This document shows, piece after piece, positions 12,938-23,595 of a stretch of 64,000 bases of DNA. The stretch comes from an uncultured Acidobacteriota bacterium (GTDB taxonomy: Bacteria > Acidobacteriota > UBA6911). Every line of letters begins with the position of its first letter. Position 1 is the first letter of the stretch. The DNA lies in contig CAWHCF010000043.1 of assembly GCA_963827655.1 (NCBI GenBank), positions 64,001 through 128,000 on the forward strand, written 5' to 3'. Below the pieces are notes generated by a model. That model saw nothing but the letters and a program-made list of their open reading frames with translations. It had not been told where the DNA came from and searched no databases. The position numbers and the translations under genes are program-made.

Positions 12938-13383
12938 CGTCCTACTCTCCGCAGTCCTCGGTCACGCTGTCTTGAAAGTGTTCACCGAGCATGACGTGGC
13001 TGTTGTGTCCCCAAGCAGCGTCGTAGAGGAAGTACGAGATTACCTACCAGAGGTGGGCGAGCAGTACCACATCAGTGTGGAAGACTCCAGAGATACCCCC
13101 CAGGTGTCGGACTTGTTGACCCGCGGAAACATAACTTGCCTCTCGAATCACAGCTTCGACTGCTGGCGATCCGCGAATACGAGCGCGAAGCATATGAAGA
13201 GAAGCTCATCGAGGCGCGGTCACGAATAGGAGCGCGGGATCCTGAACGACATAGACCTTCTCGCCCTGGCGCTGGTTCTTGAAATCCCGGTATGGTCGAA
13301 CGACAGCGATTTCAAGGGAGCCGGCGTCGAATGGTATACGACTGCTCGGTTGTTGAAGGTCCTGGCAAAGCGCCGGGCTGTAG
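12885..13383 (+). pseudogene. PIN-domain (VapC/PIN_3-like) toxin, disrupted
   Basis: DANVLLSA N-terminus, then LESQLRLLAIREY...RDP and NDIDLLALAL...VWSNDSDF split across frames; ~56-nt foreign segment at 13086-13141, extra base at ~13244, no clean stop. Confidence 0.7.
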
Positions 13384-13411
13384 CCGGCAAGGAACCAGGT
13401 CTGAGCACGGA

Positions 13412-13427
13412 CCGCAATCCGCAATCG
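13412..13427. repeat. Heptamer (CCGCAAT)x2
   Basis: Same unit as 7306-7340, just after the stop of the acyl-CoA synthetase gene. Confidence 0.6.
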
Positions 13428-13430
13428 CGC

Positions 13431-15023
13431 TTACCCCTGCACTCGCCTTTCCTTCCCTTCCCAGTATCGCTCGCGCAGGGCGAACTTCTGGGTCTTGCCG
13501 GTCGCGGTCTTCGGCAGGGCTTCCACGAAGTCCACAGCCTTCGGCGCCTTGAAATGCGCCATCCGGCCGCGACAGAAATCGATTACCTCTTGCTCCGTCG
13601 CCGACATGTTGGGCCGGAGGACGACAACTGCCCGCGGCACCTCACCCCACTTGGCATCCGGCACTCCAATCACAGCGACTTCCAGGACGGCGGGATGCTT
13701 GTAAATCACACCTTCGATCTCCACTGACGAAATATTCTCTCCGCCCGAGATAATCACGTCCTTCTTTCGATCGACGATCTCGATGTAACCATCGGGCTGA
13801 ACCACAGCCAGATCGCCGGAGTGAAACCACCCTCCCGCAAAAGCCTTGTCGGTCTCTTCAGGCTGGTTGTAGTAGCCGGTCATGAAGACATGCCCGCGGG
13901 CGCAAATCTCTCCAATGGTTTTGCCGTCGTGGGGAACCTCGACCAGATTCTCATCCAGCACGCGGGTATCGGCGAGGAGCTGGCTGACTCCCTGGCGCGC
14001 CTTGATACGCGATCGTTCAACCGGAGGAAGCTGGTCGAAATCAGTCTTCCATTCGCAGACAGTGAGGAAAGGACCGGTCTCCGTCAGCCCGTAGACGTGG
14101 ATCACCTCAGCGCCTAGCGCTTCCATCCTTTCGAGGACTGCCGCCGGAGGCGGCGCGCCGGCCGTCCCCAGACGAAAGCCGCGCAGACAGCCCGGCGTCG
14201 CCTCTTGAGCGTTCGCGATGCTCACCAGCACCGTAGGGGCCGCACACGCGAATGTGATTCCATGTTGTCTCAACTTCCGGTAAATCTCTGTCGGGTCCAC
14301 TTTGCGGAGGCAAACATGGGTGCCCCCCATTCCCGTCACAGCCCAGATTCCGCCCCATCCATTCGCGTGGAACATGGGAAGCGTATGAAGATAAACATCA
14401 CGATAGGTGACCCCCAGATGAACGGTAAAATCCAGGACGTTACACGCCAGGGCGCGATGGCTAAGCATCACTCCCTTCGGTCTGGCTGTCGTCCCGCTGG
14501 TGTAGTTCAGCGTGCACGTTTCCCGTTCGTCAATCGCGGCGTCCGGCGGATCCCGGTCCGACGCTTGTGCCAGAAGCGGCTCGACGTCGCGGCCCACGAG
14601 CGCAGGACTTATCGGCTGCCCGTCACGAAGGAAGATGATCTCTTTGAGATCGCGAATGTCGCTGCGAATCTGCCGGACGGGCTCGACATATTCCCAGTCC
14701 AGCAAGAGGACCTTGGAACCCGAATGATTCAAAATGTAGCGGAAGTCCTCGGCCGTGAGCCGGTAGTTGAGCGGCACCAGAATTGCGCCGATCTGCGGCA
14801 CGCCGAAAAAGCTCTCGAACATCCAGTGCGTGTTGGGGGAGAGAATCGCAACCCGGTCTCCTTTCTCGACCCCGAGCGACAAGAGGGCATTACTGAGACG
14901 GTTGGCGCGAGACTGCAGCTCCGCATAAGTGAACTGCTTTCCTTCGTCGACCAGCGCAAGTTTTTCGGGGAAATGCCTCGACGCGCGCCGGAGGAAATCG
15001 TTTGGAGTGAGGGTCTGGAACAT
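13431..15023 (-). CDS. Acyl-CoA synthetase / long-chain fatty acid-CoA ligase (AMP-binding)
   Basis: YTSGTTARPKG, YGLTET, WFHSGD, DRKKDVIISGGENISS, PKTATGK. Confidence 0.92.
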   Translation of the reverse strand: MFQTLTPNDFLRRASRHFPEKLALVDEGKQFTYAELQSRANRLSNALLSLGVEKGDRVAILSPNTHWMFESFFGVPQIGAILVPLNYRLTAEDFRYILNHSGSKVLLLDWEYVEPVRQIRSDIRDLKEIIFLRDGQPISPALVGRDVEPLLAQASDRDPPDAAIDERETCTLNYTSGTTARPKGVMLSHRALACNVLDFTVHLGVTYRDVYLHTLPMFHANGWGGIWAVTGMGGTHVCLRKVDPTEIYRKLRQHGITFACAAPTVLVSIANAQEATPGCLRGFRLGTAGAPPPAAVLERMEALGAEVIHVYGLTETGPFLTVCEWKTDFDQLPPVERSRIKARQGVSQLLADTRVLDENLVEVPHDGKTIGEICARGHVFMTGYYNQPEETDKAFAGGWFHSGDLAVVQPDGYIEIVDRKKDVIISGGENISSVEIEGVIYKHPAVLEVAVIGVPDAKWGEVPRAVVVLRPNMSATEQEVIDFCRGRMAHFKAPKAVDFVEALPKTATGKTQKFALRERYWEGKERRVQG

Positions 15024-15159
15024 GGTGACGCCCTTTCAGGCAGACACGAAGCTGCTTGTGCCTGCGACAAAACTTGAACTATCGAGATTGATTGCATAAA
15101 ACCGCAAACATTTTCCATATCACAAAGACGCACCAGGACTCAAAGGGATTGGAATCGAC

Positions 15160-16089
15160 ATGAAGCAAATTCCTGAACACCGTCAGATAACGCGTGAGCA
15201 AGTGATCGACTTCATGCGCACACTTTCCAACTGGGGCAGATGGGGGACGGAGGATCAGCTGGGTTGTCTTAATTACATCACGACGGAAAGACGGCGCGCG
15301 GCCGCCGCCCTGGTGCGGGAGGGCGTGACGGTTTCGGCTTCTCGCGCGCTTCCCACCGAGGCGGCCCCGGACAATCCACATCCGGTAAAGCACCTGATGA
15401 CGTCGACGGGGCTCGACAGGCAATCGATCGCTTCGGGAGACTACTTTGGATTGAGCCCTCATGGATACGCAACCACCCACCTGGATGCGCTGTGCCACGT
15501 GTTCTACAAAGATGCGATGTATAACGGTCACTCGCGAGAGCTGGTAACGCCCGCGGGGGCTGAATTCAACTCGATCGATGCGCTCCGAGGCGGCATCTTT
15601 GCGCGCGGCGTGCTACTGGATATTGCGCGAACAAAACAGCGAGCCTGGCTCGAGCCGGGAGAGGCTATCATTCCCGACGATCTCGAAGAGAGCGAGAACT
15701 TCGAAGCGGTACGGGTTCAAAGCGGCGATTTTCTACTGATACGCACCGGAAGATTCGCCTATCGCGAAAAGCATGGTCCGTGGAATGCGGAGGAGCGGCT
15801 CGCGGGACTTCATGCCTCTTGCCTCCCCTGGGTTCACCAAAGGCAGATCGCCGCCCTTGGATGCGACGGCGTCAGCGACGTCATACCAAGTCAGGTACCG
15901 AGGATTCGCCTCCCGATTCACCTCGTGGGAATCGTGGCGATGGGTCTCCACCTGCTCGACAATGCCGACCTGGAAGCGCTGGCGGAAGTTTGCGGCCGAT
16001 ACCGGCGTTGGGAGTTCCTGCTGGTAGTAGCTCCTCTCGTTCTAATGAAGGGAACGGCGTCTCCGGTCAACCCTGTGGCTATTTTTTGA
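15160..16089 (+). CDS. Cyclase family (kynurenine formamidase-like) metal hydrolase
   Basis: NWGRWG..DQLG.LN, HGYATTHLDALCH, RGVLLD, GTASPVNP. Confidence 0.9.
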   Translation: MKQIPEHRQITREQVIDFMRTLSNWGRWGTEDQLGCLNYITTERRRAAAALVREGVTVSASRALPTEAAPDNPHPVKHLMTSTGLDRQSIASGDYFGLSPHGYATTHLDALCHVFYKDAMYNGHSRELVTPAGAEFNSIDALRGGIFARGVLLDIARTKQRAWLEPGEAIIPDDLEESENFEAVRVQSGDFLLIRTGRFAYREKHGPWNAEERLAGLHASCLPWVHQRQIAALGCDGVSDVIPSQVPRIRLPIHLVGIVAMGLHLLDNADLEALAEVCGRYRRWEFLLVVAPLVLMKGTASPVNPVAIF

Positions 16090-16109
16090 AGGCCGGACGA
16101 ACAAAAACC

Positions 16110-16140
16110 AACCACGAAGACTCAAAGGCACGAAGAAACG
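16110..16140. repeat. 8-nt-period family unit between convergent genes
   Basis: AACCACGAAGACTCAAAGGCACGAAGAAACG. Confidence 0.75.
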
Positions 16141-17382
16141 CTAGCTCCAGTAGGTCTCGCCCTGAGCGAGGTGCGCCTTCACCACGTCAGGGTTGAGTTC
16201 GATTCCCAGACCGGGCTTCTTGGTGATTTCGATATACCCATCCTTGATGATGGGCCCGTCGTGCAGGATGACATCGTCCATCCAGTCCCCCTTGCCCAGG
16301 ACGGTCTCACACAGGAGGAAATCCCGAATGGAGCCGGCCCACTGGACCGTCGACACTGTGGCCACGATACTCCCCGTATTGTGCGTGGCCATGGGTAAGG
16401 CGAAGATCTCGGCCAGATCGGCGATCCGCTTCGTCTCCAGGAAGCCTCCGGTATTCCGCAGATCGGGATGCAGGATGTCGCAGGCATGGTTGATTATGAA
16501 GTCCTTGAACCCCTGTCTTCTCGAAAGGTTCTCACCCATGCAAATGGGCACCCGCGAACTTTCGACCAGCCGGCGCCAGCTATCCGAGTAGTCCACCGGC
16601 ATGGGGTCCTCGAGCCAGAACGGACGCATCGGCTCGATGGCCTCCGCAATCTGGATGGACGTTCGCAGGTCGTATTCCCAGTGGCAGTGGACCATGATGT
16701 CGTGATCCCAGCCAAGGGCCTCGCGGCAGTTCTCGAATCCCTTGCGAATCTGGGATAGCTCCGTGGTTGTCAGGATGCGGTTGGATTGATCGCGCGCCTT
16801 GTCGACCTTGGGATCCGAACGACGGAAGCCGAACTTGTGGCAGGTAAAGCCGCTCCGATCCGCCTTGACGCGCTGGGCCCATTCCCGGCAGGAAGCAGGG
16901 TCGAGCATGTCTCGCGGCGCCGCATGATCGTACATGCGCACGCGCTCGCGAAACTTACCACCCAGAAGTGTCGTGGACGGAACTCCCAGAATCTTTCCCG
17001 CCAGATCCCAGAGGGCGATCTCGATCCCGCTGACGGCGCGCATCAGCGAGTGAGCCGAACCGTCGGTGCGCGTGCCCAGCCCGGTGTAGATTGCGTCGAT
17101 CTCCAGCGGATCTTTTCCCACCAGGTCCGGTTTCAGGGCGAGAACCTGCTCCTTGACCCCCACACCCGGACTCCCGTAGGCTTCGCCGATGCCGTAGAGC
17201 CCCGCGTCGGTCTCAACTTTTACGAAGGTGTAGGTCCGTGGACCCTGCAGCATCATGACCTTGATGTCGCGAATCTTGACGTGCTTCTTCTCCGAGGAGG
17301 CCAGCGAATGATATCGAGAAAGGAGTGATACCGAGGCGAGAGCCGGTATCGATTGCAGCATTTTTCGTCGAGTGATAAGCAT
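16141..17382 (-). CDS. Mandelate racemase/muconate lactonizing (galactonate dehydratase-like) enzyme with Tat-like signal
   Basis: TRRKML N-terminus; SGIEIALWDLAGK, WLEDP, PICMGEN, PGLGIE. Confidence 0.9.
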   Translation of the reverse strand: MLITRRKMLQSIPALASVSLLSRYHSLASSEKKHVKIRDIKVMMLQGPRTYTFVKVETDAGLYGIGEAYGSPGVGVKEQVLALKPDLVGKDPLEIDAIYTGLGTRTDGSAHSLMRAVSGIEIALWDLAGKILGVPSTTLLGGKFRERVRMYDHAAPRDMLDPASCREWAQRVKADRSGFTCHKFGFRRSDPKVDKARDQSNRILTTTELSQIRKGFENCREALGWDHDIMVHCHWEYDLRTSIQIAEAIEPMRPFWLEDPMPVDYSDSWRRLVESSRVPICMGENLSRRQGFKDFIINHACDILHPDLRNTGGFLETKRIADLAEIFALPMATHNTGSIVATVSTVQWAGSIRDFLLCETVLGKGDWMDDVILHDGPIIKDGYIEITKKPGLGIELNPDVVKAHLAQGETYWS

Positions 17383-17415
17383 GGAATCACCTCTTCCCGC
17401 GAAGACGCGAACAGG

Positions 17416-20400
17416 TTAGAAAGTAAGCCGCAGCGCGAACTGCATCTGTCGCGGCAGGCTGACCGTGCTTCGTATCTTGCCAAAATCCGGGCTTTCGAGG
17501 ATCGTGTTCGGGTCCGCGAGGGTCGGCGTATTGGTCAGGTTGAATGTCTCCCAGCGGAACTGCAGGTTGACACGCTCCGTGATCGGAAACGATTTCATCA
17601 ACCCGAAATCGATGTTGAACGGGCCATCGCCATTCAGAATCGCGCGCCCTGCATTTCCCAGCCGGAAAGTACCGTCCGGGTTGCGCGGCAGCACGAATGC
17701 CGAGGTGTCAAACCACTGATCGGCCGTCCGGTGATCGAGCGTGCCGTCTGAAACCCGGTCAGGAAACCACGCGCCGACCCGGGTTGCGCCCAGGCGCTGG
17801 CGCGAGTTGGGAACGGTGAGCGTGAAATAGTGCCCGGTCTGGGCCGAGATAATACCCGAGACCTGCCATCCGCCGAACAACTGGTTCATCCAGCCCTTCT
17901 GGTTCATCAACGCACGGCCATTGCCAAACGGCAATTCGTAAAGCGCGGCCGCGACCACGCGATGCCGGTAGTCGAAATCCGAGTTTCCCCGGCTTCCTTC
18001 GAAGTTGTCGAAGTCCTGAAGCCCTCCGCCACCGGAGCCGAACTGCTCGGTCACGTTGTCGAGCGAGTGGCTCCAGGTATAGGCGCCGGACAAGGAAAAG
18101 CCCTGGGAAAATCTGCGCTCGACCTGCGCGTCCAGGCCATGATAGTTCGCATGGCCGAAGGGCGTTCGAAGCGTAATATTGTTCCACTGCGGGATCGGCC
18201 GGCGCTGTCGCTCTGTCGCCAAGGGACCCGGAAGCGATCCGTTCCAGTTATAGGCACCCAGAATGTAGCTGGAAGCCGAGCCGACGTAAGCGACCGTCAA
18301 CGACAGATCACGCCGAATCTCCTGCTGTACGGCGAAGTTCCACTGGTAGACCGTCGGCGCGGGGAGGTTCTCCTCCCACACAATCCAGTTCAGGTTTTCA
18401 GGAGGCGTCGTGGTGCTTCCGAGAAAATCGGCCGGCAAGCCGTCTGCAAGTTGGAGCGGGGGTCTCGAGGCCGTGGACTGCGCGGTAACGCTGCGATTGA
18501 AGGGAAAGTTGTTGATCATGCGGCCGTCGGCTCCGAGCGAGCCCTGGCCGCCGTAAAATACCCGAAGCCGGCGCGCACGACGGTCCGCTGCGCAAGCTGG
18601 TATCCGAAACCGACTCGAGGCGCCCAGTTATTTGTGTCCGTGTTGACCAGCGCCCGGCAAGACCAGGAGTTTCCGCAATAGGCCGCGGGACGAATGGTGT
18701 TGAATTCAGAGCCCGGCGCCAGAACCAGGACATTCATGTTGTCGTGCTGATCGAACCACGGACTCGTGAGCTCGTAACGCAGCCCGAGGTTCAACGTCAG
18801 CCGCGGCGTCACCTTCCAGTCATCGAGCGCGTAGAACATGTAGTTGTTGAAGCGCATGTTGCCCGTCAGGGTGCTGGTCAGAGCAACGGTAGCCGGCCAG
18901 CCCAGCAGAAAATCGGCGAAGCTTACGCGGGTAAACTGCCCGTCGAAGTTGAAGTTTCCATGCGAACTGTTGCCGCCGAAGATATCCGAGCGGTTCCAGC
19001 GGAGATCCGCGCCGAACTTGAGATTGTGCTTGCCACGATTCCACGACACGTTGTCCAGGAATTGATGAACCTCGTGGACCTTGAAGTTTGGCATCGAACC
19101 CGGCTCGCCCAGTCCCTGATAGGTATAAGTCCCTGCGAACCCGAACAGAGGCAACCCGAACAGCTTCTCGTTCCCGGGAATTCCCTTGATTCCGTAGACG
19201 GATGTCAGATCGGTCAGCAACTCGTCCGTCAGTTCCCTCTTATCCACCTTCTGCCGTATGAAACCGTAGCGGAACTCATTCAGCAGCGCCGAGCTGAAGA
19301 TCCGGGTATAGGCCAGGGCCACGCTGCGCGCATCGTTGTCATCGAAGGCCCGGTCGTTGTTCTGTCCGCCGCGCGCCGGCTGCTCGAAGACCGAGTCGCG
19401 CAGATTGTCAAACCGCGAAAGGCTGAACCGCGCGAACATCGTGTCTTTGGCAGTGAAATTGTGGTCAACGCGCGCGTCAACCTGGTCGCGCGTGGTGTTC
19501 CACGGCGGATTGCGGATGAAGTTGTCGCGCGTGCCCGAACCGGCAAAATTCGGCTCCGGCCACAGCTCGAGAAGCTTGAGCGCAGTGGCGTCGAAGCGCG
19601 CCCGAGGAATCTGGTTGCCGGGAAAATCCTGCCCCGTGAGGGGATCACGGATGCTCACGCCGAACTGCCCGTTCCGCTCGGCTGCAGTCGGGACGGTTGC
19701 CAGATCGGACTGACCTCGTCTTTCTTGCCGCCCCTCCCAGCTTGCGAAGAAGAAGGTCTTGTCGCGCCGGATCGGGCCGCCGAAGGTCACGCCGTACTGA
19801 TTCTGCCGGAGGACTTCGGGATCGGCCTTCCCGTCGCGGTCGCGGTCGACGTAGTTGAATGTGTCGCGGGCGTCGAAGACATCATTGCGGATGTATTCCC
19901 ACGCAGTTCCGCTGAATCGGTTGGTTCCCGATTTGACGTTCACGATCATCACGGCACCCGAGTTGCGTCCGAACTCCGCCGAGAAGTTACTGGTCTGGAC
20001 CTTGAACTCAGCCACTGCGTCGAGCGCCGGGACCACAACCTGCATCTTGCGGTCCTGCATGCCCATCACGTTGTTGTTGTTGTCGATGCCATCGATGATG
20101 AAGCTGTTCTGGGTCATGGGCTGGCCATGCGCGTTGAAGCCGCTTTCGCGGTCGCGGCTGAGGACCGCCGGCATCACGCCGGCGGTCAACCACGCCAGTT
20201 GCTGGAAATTTCTGCCGTTCAGAGGGAGCTCACGAATTTCGCGCTCGGGTAATACATGGGAGAGCGACGACGTCTCGGATTCGAGCAGGGGCGCTTCCGT
20301 CGTGACCGTAACCGTGTCGGCGACCTGGCCCAGCTCGAGCCGCATGTCGGCCCGCACGCGATCCTGGGCATGCAGCGCGATCCCTTTCCAGACGGCCTTT

Positions 20401-20651
20401 TTGAATCCGGCGCTTTCGACGTTGATATCGTACGTGCCAATACGCAAGGGACCGACCGTGTAGGCCCCCGTATCGGATGTCTCGGTCATCCGGGTCTCGT
20501 TCGTATCACGATTGACTACAACGACCCTTGCGCCCGGAACGGCAGCGCCGGAAACGTCCGTGATCACGCCGGTGATCACACCCATGTCCTGCTGCCCCAG
20601 AGCAACTCCCGTGGTCAGCAGAAACCCAAGAACTGTCGCAAGCTTCCTCAT
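17416..20651 (-). CDS. TonB-dependent receptor (Oar-like); one apparent frameshift at ~18561
   Basis: AGGAGG SD before ATG 20651; LPLNGRNF, KSGTN, DDWKV, PRQMQFALRLTF. The two ORF pieces join in a single frame change. Confidence 0.87.
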
Positions 20652-20799
20652 GTGCCTCCTCCTGATCAGGATGGAATTCCGGGAAATCGATATGGATGCC
20701 ATTGTACGTCAGAAACGTTCCGGATCTTCGCGTTTCTTTTGCATGTTTGTGGGCGACAGCGGTTTACGCGCGGACCGGTAGTTGATAACATTAGGCTCT

Positions 20800-22042
20800 G
20801 TGAAACGCGCAATCCTGCTGGTGGCTCTGACGCTTTCTTTCGTTACCCTCCCCTCCCCTGCCGAACAGACCCGCAAGTATGTCTGCCTTATCGATCCGCA
20901 AGTCAGCAGCGAAGAACCCGGGACCTGCGCCGTCTGCGGTTATGAGCTGATCGCCGCAGACCTGGCGGCGTCCGGGTATATTGCGTTTACTTGCGCGGAG
21001 CACCGCGAGATCCAGCAGTCGATTCCCGGAAAATGCCCGAAGTGCGGCCGGAAACTCGGCATGGAGGATCTGCGCGCGAAGCCGAAACTAACCTACGTAT
21101 GCCCGATGCACCCGGCGGTAACCTCGTTTTTTGCGGGCAAATGTCCCCGTTGCGCCATGGAGCTTGTCCGGGAAGACCTGCTAAAGAAGAAGTCGGCCGC
21201 TTATCGGTGCCCGATGGATCCGGCCGTGGTTTCAGGCAAGCCAGCGAAGTGTTCCAAGTGCGGTATGAATCTCGTGGCTGTCGACGATTCGGAGTTGCTT
21301 CGTTTCCCGATGGAAATCACGACGCGGCCGAAATCATTCCGATCGGGCGAAAAGGTAAGACTGCAGTTCAAGATCACCAATCCGGTTACGAAGGAGCCGG
21401 TGAAGGAGTTCGATGTCGTCCACGAGAAGCTCTTTCATCTTTTCGTTATCAGCCAGGACCTGGAGTTCTTCGATCACATCCATCCCGAGCGGCGCGAAGA
21501 CGGCAGCTTTGTTATTGACACCACTTTTCCGCGACCGGCGCATTACCGGCTTTACGCCGATTTTCTTCCCACCGGAGGCACACCCCAGCTGGTTCAGAAG
21601 AGCCTGATTACTTCTGATTGCGAAAGCGACCTGTTTTCTTCGCAGGCCCGGCTGACACCGGACATCACTCCGAAGACAGTGAATGGCACCACGGTGACGC
21701 TGAAGACGGATCCGTCAACCTTCATCGCCGGGCCGCGAGGCCACGCTGCTCTATCGTTTGACGGACGAAAAAACCGGAGATGGCGTTACGGACCTCCGTC
21801 CTTATCTCGGGGCCTGGGGTCACACGTTCATTATCAACGACGACGGTTCCGAATCCATCCACAGCCATCCTGCCGATGAGCTTCCGGGACCGGCGGATCT
21901 AGAGAAGGCGCGAAATCAGCCGGAAATCTCGTTTCAGGCGTTCTTCCCCAAACCGGGTCTGTACCGGGTGTGGTCGCAGTTTCTGCGAAGAGATCAGGTG
22001 TCGACTTACGTCTTCACGATCGAGGTCCACCGCCTGCGGTGA
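20800..22042 (+). CDS. Secreted heavy-metal-binding domain (HMBD x4) protein with His-rich C-terminal Ig-like domains; frameshift at ~21731
   Basis: Four Y/FxCxxH/D-x8-9-GxCxxC repeats (e.g. YVCPMHP...GKCPRCAMEL); VHEKLFHLF, FDHIHP, PYLGAWGH, HSHP. Confidence 0.8.
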
Positions 22043-22057
22043 GAACAAGACCCAACC

Positions 22058-22226
22058 TCTAAGACGCGAAGACTCGAAGAAACGCTAGGAACTTTGTCCC
22101 CGTTAAGATGGCTTCGCGCTTCTTAGGCGCTTAGCGAAACGTTCAAACCAACATGTTGTTGTTCAGAAGGGGCCTTCGTTCCGGGCGAAGCCCGAACGAA
22201 CCTTAGTGTCTTCGAGTCTTCGTGGT
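22058..22226. repeat. Mosaic of 8-nt-period units plus hairpin between convergent genes
   Basis: AAGACGCGAAGACTCGAAGAAACG, linker CCCCGTTAAGAT, hairpin TTCGTTCCGGGC-GAA-GCCCGAACGAA, CCTTAGTGTCTTCGAGTCTTCGTGGTT. Confidence 0.75.
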
Positions 22227-23525
22227 TAGTGCGGCGTTGGTAATTCGTCCTTCAGGATGTAGGTGAGGTAGGCGGCACACATTTCATCCCTGGTTGATTC
22301 GCCCCAGCGGACAGGTGCAGGCGGCTGGTTGGGATTGCGGGAATTACGGTCAGAATTATCGTAATAAGCGGTAACTTCAACCCGAGTACCCGCGGGAAGT
22401 GCCACAGGCCTCTTGAAGATATAACTCGACTGCCATTTGAAATCGTAGTTGCGGACCCAGACCAGAGTCTCGCGCGTTCCGTCAGGACGGATAGCCGCCA
22501 CCTCAATCGATTTCCCCAGTAGATTCATGTGCGGCAAGGACAGAGATCGCTTCAGCGTCCTGGCTGAACGTGTAGGTAGCCTTGACCCTGAACGACGGGT
22601 CGCCCGGCGGGATTTCAAACCTGGTATTCACGACAGCGACGCTGCGGAGTTTCTTTTCCACGGCGCCCTTCGCGAAGTAGAGCCCAACCCGGGTCAGGTC
22701 CCGCGTCTCATCTCGGGACTGCCGATAGTGAACCTGCATCACCAACCGGGCTCCACGGGGTAGAAGCTGTGCGATACCCGATGGAAGAGCGATGCCATTC
22801 TGTCCGGGGACCCAACCTCCCAGGTTGGCCGAGGGCTGGAACCCGGGTCCTCCAAAGCAACCGTATCCCGGCTTCTCATCCGCCATGTCGAGCCGATCCG
22901 ACTTTCCAGTCCGGTCGATCCAGATAAGCGCTCGCTGCACGACGCTGCCATCGCCGGGCCGGAGATCGATCGCCTTTATCCAGCGGTCTCGCGCAGAAGG
23001 ATTCTGAAGGACAAAACATCGGCAATCATCGTTTTCACCTGCATCGAAGCCGTAAGGCTCCGAGGGCTTCAGGATCAGGTCGGGAGTTCCAAACCGCCAC
23101 TCCTGGTCAAAATCGGGAAGCGGTGCAAGATCCTTGTCATCCCCCTTGGGCGCCCCTCCATCAACCCAGGCGGTGATAAGATCAATCTCGCGGCCCGCCA
23201 GGCTGGGGTCGTTAGTGAATTCGCCATACCCGGCCACCGCGTGCCAGGGTGGCATCCTGCGCTCCAGCACTTCCTCTTTGATCGCCTTCGCCCAGGGCCG
23301 AGCTTCCTGATACGTAGTGAGAGGCATAGGACCAAGTCCTCCCGGGCGATGGCAACTGATGCAGCTCTTCGACAGAATCCGCACGATCTCCTTGTTGAAT
23401 GTGATCTTGGTGGTAATCACTTCGTGCGCATTGCCGCGCCAGGTGACCGGCAGAGCCGCCGCGATCACGAGAACTGAGACGGAGACCACGGCCACTCGCC
23501 GGAGAAGATGTCGACTTTCTTCCAT
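22226..23525 (-). CDS. Heme-c + copper type II monooxygenase-like protein; frameshift at ~22536
   Basis: Signal peptide, CISCH, MPPW, W..GGAP.G, MQVHY, YDFKWQ, WGESTRDEMC. Confidence 0.8.
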
Positions 23526-23546
23526 AGCTGTGCTACGAAACAAATA

Positions 23547-23580
23547 CCACCAGGACACGAAGACAAGAAACGCCAAGAAA
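23547..23580. repeat. 8-nt-period family unit
   Basis: ACCACCAGGACACGAAGACAAGAAACGCCAAGAA, preceded by the ACAAAT linker. Confidence 0.6.
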
Positions 23581-23595
23581 GATTATACCCGTGAA

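Noticed and set aside
18744-20252. Long antisense or alternative-frame ORFs (e.g. 18744-20252, 24703-25797, 46710-47702, 61918-62940, 63297-63938)
   Set aside because: Shadow ORFs opposite well-supported genes, expected at this GC content; no recognisable motifs.
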